Below, piece by piece: positions 20,031 to 27,499 of a DNA stretch of 53,971 nucleotides (its first letter is position 1; every line of letters starts with the position of its first letter). The translations under genes and the position numbers were made by a program. Origin of the DNA: Pseudomonadota bacterium (GTDB lineage: Bacteria; Pseudomonadota; Alphaproteobacteria; Sphingomonadales; Sphingomonadaceae); NCBI GenBank assembly GCA_023426225.1, contig JAFABD010000099.1:1-53971 (forward strand), read 5' to 3'. The notes beneath the pieces were generated by a model, which was not told the DNA's origin, searched no databases, and saw nothing but the letters and a program-made list of their open reading frames with translations.

Positions 20031-21674
20031 TCACAGCCCCAGCGTGCGCGTCACCATGAGCATCAGCCAGTAGAGCCCGCCGGACAACAGCATGGCTGCG
20101 GGCAGCGTCAACAGCCAGGCGGCGGCAAGCTGCATGATCGTCCGCGTCTGGACACCGGCACCGTTGGCGACGGAAGCACCCGCCACGCCCGACGAGAGGA
20201 TATGCGTCGTCGAAACCGGCAATCCGAAACGATCGGCGGCAAGGATCGTCCCGGCCGCGACCAGTTCGGCAGAAGCGCCCATGCCGTAAGTCAGATGCTG
20301 TTTGCCGATGCGCTCGCCGACGGTGATGACGATCCGCTTCCAGCCGATCATCGTTCCCAATCCCAGGGCGATCGCGACCACGATCTTGACCCACAGCGGA
20401 ATGTATCGGGTCCCGGCTTCGAGCCCTTCCTGATAGGTCTTGATGGCCGCGGTCTGGGTGGCGTCGAACGTCCCGGGCTTCTTTGTCGCGAGCCGGATCG
20501 TATCCAGAACCAGATACATGTCGTTCCGGACGTTCGAGGTCGCTTCCGCAGGGACCGCGCTCAGCGAACCAAAGCTCTCGACCCGGGCGGTCAGATCGCG
20601 CGAAAGCACTCCCAGTGCCGAAAAGACCACCGCCTTTTCCGCCTTGCGATCCTGTAGCGCGGTCGTCAGCGTTGCCCGTGCCTGTGCGACCGGCATTGCC
20701 GATACCGCCTTGTCCGCTTTGGTCTCGAAGGCGGCGGTCGCGACGTTCGCGGCCTGAACATATGCCGGCGTCGAACTCGCCGGGATCGTGCGATTGAGCG
20801 CATAGGCGGTCGGGGCACAACCGATCAGGATGAGCATGATAAGACCCATGCCCTTCTGCCCGTCGTTCGAGCCATGGCTGAACGACACTGCGGTGCAGGT
20901 AAAGATCAGCAGCGCGCGGATGCCGTGCGGCGGGGCCTTTTCTCCCTCGGGCGCCTTGTACAGCTCAGGACGGTTTACCAGCAGCCGCATGGCCAGCAGC
21001 AGCAGTAGCGCCGCGCCGAATCCGATCAGCGGCGCCATCCATAGCCCGGTCAGAACCTTCTGCGCCTGGCTCCAGTCGACACCGGCCGTGCCGCCGCGCG
21101 ACCCCGCTTGAATCAGCTGATTCGCGAGTCCGACACCCAGCACCGAACCGATCAGCGTGTGGCTGGAACTGTTCGGCAGCCCCACATACCAGGTACCGAG
21201 GTTCCACAGCACGGCGGCGACGAGCAACGCGAAGATCATTGCAAACCCCGCCGACGATCCGACGTTCAGGATCAGATCGACCGGCAGCAGCGTGATGATC
21301 GAATACGCAACAGCTCCCGAGGAGAACATCACGCCGAGGAAGTTGAAGAAGCCCGACCATACGACGGCAAGATGCGCCGGCATCGAGTTGGTGTAGATCA
21401 CCGTCGCAACGGCATTCGCCGTATCGTGGAAGCCGTTCACGAACTCAAAGCCGAGCGCGATCAGCAGGGCCAGCCCGAGAAAGGCAAAAACGCCCATGGC
21501 GAGTTGCTCGCCGACCCCCCGCGTATCGGTGAGGACGCTCCAGCCCGCAAAGGCCAGCCCTCCGACCAGAATGGCCGCGAAGAGGAACTTCGCGAGCGGG
21601 TGGGTTTTATAATCGAAACGGGGACTTCGGGGCTGTTCTGCCGACGGAGCCTGATCGAGTGCAAGCGTTGCCAT
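20031..21674 (-). CDS. pit: Inorganic phosphate transporter (PiT family, PitA-like)
   Basis: FEFVNGFHDTANAVAT, GLPNSSSH, HGSNDGQKGMG, GTMIGWKRIV and PVSTTH motifs. Confidence 0.95.
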   Translation of the reverse strand: MATLALDQAPSAEQPRSPRFDYKTHPLAKFLFAAILVGGLAFAGWSVLTDTRGVGEQLAMGVFAFLGLALLIALGFEFVNGFHDTANAVATVIYTNSMPAHLAVVWSGFFNFLGVMFSSGAVAYSIITLLPVDLILNVGSSAGFAMIFALLVAAVLWNLGTWYVGLPNSSSHTLIGSVLGVGLANQLIQAGSRGGTAGVDWSQAQKVLTGLWMAPLIGFGAALLLLLAMRLLVNRPELYKAPEGEKAPPHGIRALLIFTCTAVSFSHGSNDGQKGMGLIMLILIGCAPTAYALNRTIPASSTPAYVQAANVATAAFETKADKAVSAMPVAQARATLTTALQDRKAEKAVVFSALGVLSRDLTARVESFGSLSAVPAEATSNVRNDMYLVLDTIRLATKKPGTFDATQTAAIKTYQEGLEAGTRYIPLWVKIVVAIALGLGTMIGWKRIVITVGERIGKQHLTYGMGASAELVAAGTILAADRFGLPVSTTHILSSGVAGASVANGAGVQTRTIMQLAAAWLLTLPAAMLLSGGLYWLMLMVTRTLGL

Positions 21675-21699
21675 GATGGGGGCGCCTTGGGGTGGGTCT

Positions 21700-21717
21700 G
21701 TTACAGCGATATGACAA
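21700..21717 (-). promoter_or_regulatory. Pho box (PhoB site) upstream of pit
   Basis: Minus strand TTGTCAT-ATCG-CTGTAAC matches the 7-4-7 CTGTCAT direct-repeat consensus; 25 nt upstream of the pit ATG. Confidence 0.75.
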
Positions 21718-21735
21718 TCAGGTCGTGGGTCGACG

Positions 21736-21924
21736 CTAACGCTTGGCGCAGACGACCGAATTGATACGGGTCACCTTGCCGTTAGCGTCCTTCTCCTCGA
21801 TCCGGCTCGGGACGCAACCGTCCTGACGGCCCGAACCGGGTCCGCTGCGCCAGGCGACGAACGCCACAAGCACCGCAACAGCCAACGCAATCGCGAGCCG
21901 CGCCTTCCGATTCTGGGGAGTCAT
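21736..21924 (-). CDS. Small (62 aa) exported/membrane-anchored protein with two Cys
   Basis: Basic N-terminus, hydrophobic helix, then GC...VC hairpin; co-oriented within the cluster and fills the gap. Confidence 0.6.
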   Translation of the reverse strand: MTPQNRKARLAIALAVAVLVAFVAWRSGPGSGRQDGCVPSRIEEKDANGKVTRINSVVCAKR

Positions 21925-21968
21925 GGCGGCCGCTTAGCTCGTTTTTCAGGGAAAGTGAACCGGTCGGT

Positions 21969-22682
21969 TCAGAAGCTGACCTGTGCAAAGATGCGCGGAC
22001 CGGATGGCGATCCGCGTCCGGCGAAGCGCCACAACCATGCCGCACCGATTTCGACCGGCGTACCGGCAATCGCAAAGCTGCTGCTGGGACCGATATAGTG
22101 CTGTGGCGCAGGGGCGCCGGAGGCCGTTCCCGCGATGCGGGCGAGCCGGCCGGAAACCTCGCCGCCCAGCCAGACGTTCTTGCCCACCGACCGCAGCGCC
22201 GACATGGCGTAAGCAATGCCGGTTCCGCGCGCGCCACGGTCGCCCGCGTTCCGAAGCGCGATGTTCGCCATCACCCACCAGCGCGGGCGCCGTCGATCGA
22301 CGATCGCGCGGGCCTCGAGAACATCGAGTTGACCATCCCGATCGACTCCGGCGGAAAACTCCATGCTAAGTCCTGCCGGCCCCTTTTCGGGATCGGAGAA
22401 GCGGAGCAACAGCTTTGCCGCTGCCGAGTCGAACTCGCGCCCGTCAAGGTCGACCTCACCCCCGACGATCAGCAGATCGCTCAAACCGCGCGCGAGTTCA
22501 AAAGCATGGCCGTCGCCGCCCGAACGAACCAATGTGTATTGCGCCTGCCACTCGCCGGCCCCCGGCTCCACCTGTTCCAGATCTTCGATCTGCGCGTGCG
22601 CGGAAGGTACGCCAAGGAATGACAGACCGGCCATCAGGCACGCCGCAGCGATAGCCCCCTTCCCCGCCGCTCTGTTCCGCAT
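21969..22682 (-). CDS. Uncharacterised outer-membrane beta-barrel-like protein
   Basis: Signal peptide ending AHA-Q, alternating amphipathic strands, C-terminal ...RIFAQVSF (BAM-type terminal Phe); ATG 1 nt after the MCP stop. Confidence 0.75.
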   Translation of the reverse strand: MRNRAAGKGAIAAACLMAGLSFLGVPSAHAQIEDLEQVEPGAGEWQAQYTLVRSGGDGHAFELARGLSDLLIVGGEVDLDGREFDSAAAKLLLRFSDPEKGPAGLSMEFSAGVDRDGQLDVLEARAIVDRRRPRWWVMANIALRNAGDRGARGTGIAYAMSALRSVGKNVWLGGEVSGRLARIAGTASGAPAPQHYIGPSSSFAIAGTPVEIGAAWLWRFAGRGSPSGPRIFAQVSF

Positions 22683-22683
22683 T

Positions 22684-24897
22684 TCAGCGCGCCGTGGCCA
22701 ACATGGCAGCCGGTCGCTCGGCAACGCGCCGGCCCGCATGTCCGCCCGAGGCAGGGGCAACAGGTGCGCCGCCGGTCCGAAATGCGCGCGCGCGGTCGGA
22801 CAGCGACTCGCTCTCGTGATGGAGGTGACGCGCCGCTGCCGACGTCTCCTCGACCATTGCCGCGTTTTGTTGGGTCGAATGATCCATCGCCGCAATGGCA
22901 CTGCTGATCTCGGAGATCGCGCTCGACTGGGCACGGTTGTCAGCCGCCATCGCATCCACGAGCCCATGCACCTCCCGAACTTCGTCGAGTACGCGATCGA
23001 ACGATCCGTCGACCTTTTCGACGCAGGCGACTGCCGAATGGACCTCAACCTGGGCCGCATCGAGTTGCTCATGCGCCCGAGCGGCCTCTTCCTCAGAGCG
23101 CATGGCGAGGGCCGACACAAGGTCGGCAACCACCGCAAAACCGCGTCCAGCCTCGCCGGCACGCCCCGCCTCGACGGCCGCATTCATTGCGAGCACGCGC
23201 GTCTGGAAGGCGATCTTGTCGAGCGCCTCGATCACGCTGTCGATGCCCTTGGCACTTTCAGAGACGCGTTCCATGGCAGAGACCGCGCTCATCGCCAGCG
23301 ACTTGCCGTCATCGGCGACCTCGATCGCATCGTTCGCTCGCGCCACGGTACGTTCGGCGGCGCTCGCGCTTGCCCGAAGGCGCTGGTCGATCTGCGTCAG
23401 CGCCGCAGATGTCTCCTCCAGGCTCGCGGCATTGCTTTCGGTACGGCGAGCGAGATCGTCCGACGCCGCCGAAATTTCCATTGCGCCGGTGCGAATGCCC
23501 TCGGCACTGTCGACGACACTCGCGATCAATCCGCGAAGGGCCTGCAGCGCATCATTGTAGTTGGTCCGCAGTGCTTCGTAGGCGGGCGGGAAAACTTCGC
23601 GGATCTCCGCCGTCAGGTCGCCCTGACGCATCGCCGAAAGCCCGGCACCGATGCTCTCGGTGACGCGCGCCTGCTCTGCGGCGTGGCGCGCATCCGCAAC
23701 CGCGCGATCCGCCGCAGCCTGGCGAAAAACGTCGGCGGCACGCGCCAGGGTGCCAATCTCGTCGGCTCGGTCGAGCGACGGGATCGCACGGTCTTCGCCG
23801 TGTGCAAGTCGGTCGACTGCATCCGCGAGCACCTGCATCGGGCGTCCGACGAGACGGCGCACAGCAAAGAGGATCGCGACCACCAGTCCGATCGTCACCA
23901 CGATCGCACAGGCGATGAGGTTCCATTTGAGCGCAACGGCCGGCGCCGAGATCGCTGCCGCCGGGATTTCCGAAATCAGCGCCCAGCGCGCCTTCACCTG
24001 CGCCAGTTCAACGGGCTGAACGAACCGGATCCACTGGACACCCGACGCGTCCGTCACCGTAAACGACTGCGGTCGTCCGGTATCGATGACCTGCCGGACC
24101 ACGTCCTTGCCGATGTCGGAATAAGGCTTCATCCGCTTTGCGGCGTCCGGATTGACCAGCCAGTTTCCTGCGCCGGACACGAGCAGCAGCCGACCGACAC
24201 CGAAAGGTTGAACTTTCGACAACCGCGACGTCATTTCGTCGAGCGCCATGTCCATGCCGGCAACTCCCACGATGCGCCCTGCGTGCCGCACGGGGTGCAC
24301 CACCGACATCATGACATAGGTCTTGCCATAGACGTCATAGGCATAGGGTTCGACAAGCGCCGGTCGCCCCTGATCGTGCGCCTGCTTGTAATAGTCTGCA
24401 TTGTAATCGGCGTCATTGGCGACCGGATCGAGCGTAACCTTGCCGCCCGGGCGCAACCACCATGGCGCGAAGTTACCCTTCGGCGACGATCCCGGCTGGC
24501 CCCGATGATCGGCATCGAGACCGATGCTGTCGCGCTCGGCCATATGCCAGACGCCGAACTCGATCGGCGTGATGTTGAGGTAGCTGCGCAGTTCACGCAC
24601 GATGTCCGCCCGCGACGCGCCGCGGTCATAGCTGTTGGAAACCGCGGTCGCGACGGACTGCGCCGCACTGCCGATCTCCGCCACGTCCCGGGCGACGCTT
24701 TCGGCGTGGACACGCGCATCGGCAAAGGCCCCCTCGGTCGACAGTCGACTCACGGCGCCTTGGGTGGCCGCAACGACGATCGAAAAACCGATGGTGAGCA
24801 GCAACAGGACTGCCGCTGCGGAAACGGTAAGCAGCTTGCCCGCGATAGGAAGCCGCTGAAAAGCGTTGCTGATCGCGGAAGGGCCGATGGCCGCCAT
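22684..24897 (-). CDS. Methyl-accepting chemotaxis protein with periplasmic dCache domain
   Basis: TM-dCache-TM-HAMP(s)-signalling domain; hairpin IAFQTRVLAMNAAVEAGRAGEAGRGFAVVA; TQQNAAMVEE. Confidence 0.95.
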   Translation of the reverse strand: MAAIGPSAISNAFQRLPIAGKLLTVSAAAVLLLLTIGFSIVVAATQGAVSRLSTEGAFADARVHAESVARDVAEIGSAAQSVATAVSNSYDRGASRADIVRELRSYLNITPIEFGVWHMAERDSIGLDADHRGQPGSSPKGNFAPWWLRPGGKVTLDPVANDADYNADYYKQAHDQGRPALVEPYAYDVYGKTYVMMSVVHPVRHAGRIVGVAGMDMALDEMTSRLSKVQPFGVGRLLLVSGAGNWLVNPDAAKRMKPYSDIGKDVVRQVIDTGRPQSFTVTDASGVQWIRFVQPVELAQVKARWALISEIPAAAISAPAVALKWNLIACAIVVTIGLVVAILFAVRRLVGRPMQVLADAVDRLAHGEDRAIPSLDRADEIGTLARAADVFRQAAADRAVADARHAAEQARVTESIGAGLSAMRQGDLTAEIREVFPPAYEALRTNYNDALQALRGLIASVVDSAEGIRTGAMEISAASDDLARRTESNAASLEETSAALTQIDQRLRASASAAERTVARANDAIEVADDGKSLAMSAVSAMERVSESAKGIDSVIEALDKIAFQTRVLAMNAAVEAGRAGEAGRGFAVVADLVSALAMRSEEEAARAHEQLDAAQVEVHSAVACVEKVDGSFDRVLDEVREVHGLVDAMAADNRAQSSAISEISSAIAAMDHSTQQNAAMVEETSAAARHLHHESESLSDRARAFRTGGAPVAPASGGHAGRRVAERPAAMLATAR

Positions 24898-24964
24898 AAG
24901 GTTCTTCTTTCCCTTGGTCGAGAATTAGGGGTCGGATGGTGGAAGCGCCTCGCGAGGCGGCGAC

Positions 24965-25681
24965 TCAAAAGGTCAGGCGTGCGCTTGCCAGCAGTGTCGG
25001 CTTCGCGATGCCGAGCCGGGGTACGTCGGTATCGATATAGTTGAGCCCGAACTTCACATGCTTGAGCGTGACCGTCGCTCCCAGCGACCAGTCGAGATAT
25101 TCGCCGTTGGGCGCCCAGGCGCCGGCCGATCGCCCCAGATGGGCATTGAGCGCCACCCGGCTCTTCGGCACCGCATATTGCACGTCAAGCCCGAGATTGA
25201 AGTTCTCACGGTGCGAGAGCGACGTCTGCCGCGGCGCATAATAGGCACTGGCGGTCGCTGTGACCGGCCCGATCACTTCGGAGTAGCGGATATAGGTTTC
25301 CGCATAGTCGATCGGCGGCGCAGAGGCCGCACGGCGCGGATAGGTGTAATATGCCAACCCGACATCGAGCGTCCCCGTCTTGCTCAGGGCGTGCGTCCAG
25401 CCGCCGGTAAAGTCGAGTTCGACCGTCCCCAGCGCATCGGTTTTCGGCAGAGACGAAACGAAGACGTTGGCGTAAAGCCCGCTTTTATGACTGATCGTCA
25501 CCTGCGGCTGAACGGCTGCCTTGCGATCGGTATAGGACAGGCCGCGAAACCGGTAGTCGCTGACAACCGCGACCTCGCCACTCACAGTCAGACCGGGAGC
25601 AATCGTCTGCTGTGCGTGTGCCGCCCCGCTCCAAAACCCCACGGCACCAGCAAGAACCGCAGGAATCCAGTAGCTTTTCAT
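24965..25681 (-). CDS. TorF/Gcw_chp (TIGR02001-like) putative porin
   Basis: Signal peptide AHA-Q, VSDYRFRGLSYT...AVQ signature, YLDWSLG, terminal Phe. Confidence 0.88.
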   Translation of the reverse strand: MKSYWIPAVLAGAVGFWSGAAHAQQTIAPGLTVSGEVAVVSDYRFRGLSYTDRKAAVQPQVTISHKSGLYANVFVSSLPKTDALGTVELDFTGGWTHALSKTGTLDVGLAYYTYPRRAASAPPIDYAETYIRYSEVIGPVTATASAYYAPRQTSLSHRENFNLGLDVQYAVPKSRVALNAHLGRSAGAWAPNGEYLDWSLGATVTLKHVKFGLNYIDTDVPRLGIAKPTLLASARLTF

Positions 25682-25714
25682 TATACTTTTCTCGCCCGAG
25701 ACGATCCCCTCTAG

Positions 25715-27360
25715 CCCGGCTTATTCATGAGCCCGCTGCACTGGGGCGTGCCGGGTTTGATGTGTCGGTGGCCGCGTGATCCGGGCGCGCGGTTTCGGCG
25801 GCGTTTTTCGCCGCAGCAAAACCGATGGCTTTTCGAGGTTGATGGGCGATGGCTCGGGCTTTGTGCGGCACAGCCGCGCTGGCTATGTCGGCGCTGGCCG
25901 GAGACTGGTGGCGATGGCTTTGAACACGCCGGCGTCGGGGCATGCTGACGCGAAGGCGACACGGATGCGCGAGGCGGTCTCGATGACGCGGGCGGCGACC
26001 TTGAGCAGCCGCAGGCGCAGCGTTGCGAACTCGGCAGTGGCCAGAGAGGTGGCCTTGGGGATGGCCTGCTGGACGCGCCACATCAGCCAGTAGGCGGCGG
26101 TATGCAGGATGAGGCGCATCTGGTTGGCATTGGCCGAGCGGCACGAGGTGCGATCGCTGGCCAACTGGGTCTTGTGGCGCTTGATCAGGTTTTCGGCTTG
26201 GCCGCGCGCGCAATAGAGCGTGTCGTAAATGTGCTCGGGCGAGCCTTCTGTCAGCGAGGTGACGACATAGCGGATGTCCATGCCCAGCGTGCTGGCCTCA
26301 ATCCGGGCGACGACGCGGCGTTGGCTCTTCCAGCTTTTGGCGCCGTAGCGGGTCTCGACATAGTTGCGCAGGACCGGATGTTGGGCCTGGGCCCGCTTGA
26401 CCGCGCAGGCATCGGCGACGGCAACGATGGCCGGATCGGCCCGCAGCGCGGCGTTGGTCGGCAAGCCGAACACGTAATCGACCCCGGCCGCCTCGCAGAA
26501 CGCCATGATCTCGGGACGGGCGTAGTGCCCATCGCCGCGGATGGTGATGTGGGTATCGGGCCAGTGCTGGCGGATATGACGCACCAGGCGCCGGATGTGG
26601 CCGGCACCTTCGGCACCCGACGGCGTCTTGCCAGTGCGCAGCAGCATCGCCACCGGCCGCCCGCTCGCGGTATCGTACACATGGATCGGCAGGAAGCAGC
26701 GCTCACCGTGATGTCCGTTCCAGAACGAGAGCTGCTGATAGCCGTGCACGACATCACACGTGTCATCGATATCCAGCGTCACCGCCGCCGGTGGGGCCGG
26801 ATAGCTGGCACAGTAAACGCCGATCATCGCGACCATCATCCGGGCCAGTTCACGCGTGGTCGGTGCATTCTCCCAGCGGCTCATCGTCGGTTGGCTGGCC
26901 AGCCCCGCGCCCGATCCCGGCAACTTGCCCAGCGCCAGGCGGAAGCCCGGATCGTCGCGCAGGGCATCGAGATCATCGGCGTCCTCATAGCCACACGTGA
27001 TCGCGAACACACGGGCACGCAGAATGTCATCGAGGCGATGGATCACCCGCGTCGGGTCACGCGGATCGGCGATGCACGCAGCAAGCTGCCGGCAGATCCC
27101 CATCGCGCGCTCGGCCTGCGCCAGCAGCAGAACGCCGCCGTCAGAGGTCAGCCGGCCACCGTCGAACGCGGTTGTGACCTTCTTGCCGCCAACCGCTGGA
27201 AACGAAAATCCCGGTGCGCTATCATCGCTCCCGGCGGGTGTGGTCCGTGGCATAAATTGCCTCGCTGAAGGACTGGTCTAGACACCCATTTTCCTACTGC
27301 AAAGCAATCGCTTACGCCACTCCCGCCAACCCTCTCACCCGCCGCGGTGAATAAGACAGG
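25715..27360 (-). mobile_element. IS1380-family insertion sequence (1646 bp) with 4-bp CTAG target duplication
   Basis: Terminal IRs CCCGGCTTATTCA vs CCTGTCTTATTCA (11/13). CTAG flanks both ends (25711-25714 and 27361-27364). Single transposase. Confidence 0.93.
25883..27253 (-). CDS. IS1380-family DDE transposase
   Basis: FDGGRLTSDGG, GYEDADD, LASQPTMSRWEN, TLDIDDT, RGDG and YCARGQAENLIK motifs; 456 aa, uninterrupted. Confidence 0.95.
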   Translation of the reverse strand: MPRTTPAGSDDSAPGFSFPAVGGKKVTTAFDGGRLTSDGGVLLLAQAERAMGICRQLAACIADPRDPTRVIHRLDDILRARVFAITCGYEDADDLDALRDDPGFRLALGKLPGSGAGLASQPTMSRWENAPTTRELARMMVAMIGVYCASYPAPPAAVTLDIDDTCDVVHGYQQLSFWNGHHGERCFLPIHVYDTASGRPVAMLLRTGKTPSGAEGAGHIRRLVRHIRQHWPDTHITIRGDGHYARPEIMAFCEAAGVDYVFGLPTNAALRADPAIVAVADACAVKRAQAQHPVLRNYVETRYGAKSWKSQRRVVARIEASTLGMDIRYVVTSLTEGSPEHIYDTLYCARGQAENLIKRHKTQLASDRTSCRSANANQMRLILHTAAYWLMWRVQQAIPKATSLATAEFATLRLRLLKVAARVIETASRIRVAFASACPDAGVFKAIATSLRPAPT

Positions 27361-27480
27361 CTAGCCCAATTATAGGAAGCGAAGCCGCAACGTTGCCGAA
27401 ACACATCGGAAAACTTGCCCAAGCCGACGACCCGGATACGCCGTTCGGTAGACGCGGGGCGCCTTGCCGTCGCGCGCGAT

Positions 27481-27495
27481 GTTCCCTAGCTGTTC
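27481..27495 (+). promoter_or_regulatory. LexA (SOS) box upstream of uvrD
   Basis: GTTC-CCTAGCT-GTTC is the alphaproteobacterial GTTC-N7-GTTC direct repeat. It overlaps the -10 of a TTGCCG-N17-TAGCTG promoter just before the ATG. Confidence 0.8.
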
Positions 27496-27499
27496 GCGC

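Noticed and set aside
22363..25044. 893-aa plus-strand ORF
   Set aside because: Antisense shadow of the MCP gene. It is Arg/His-rich with no motifs, as expected from GC-rich codon bias.
27380..27400. Sigma54 promoter for the porin operon
   Set aside because: GG-N10-GC spacing exists on the minus strand, but the TGGCAC and TTGC contexts are missing.
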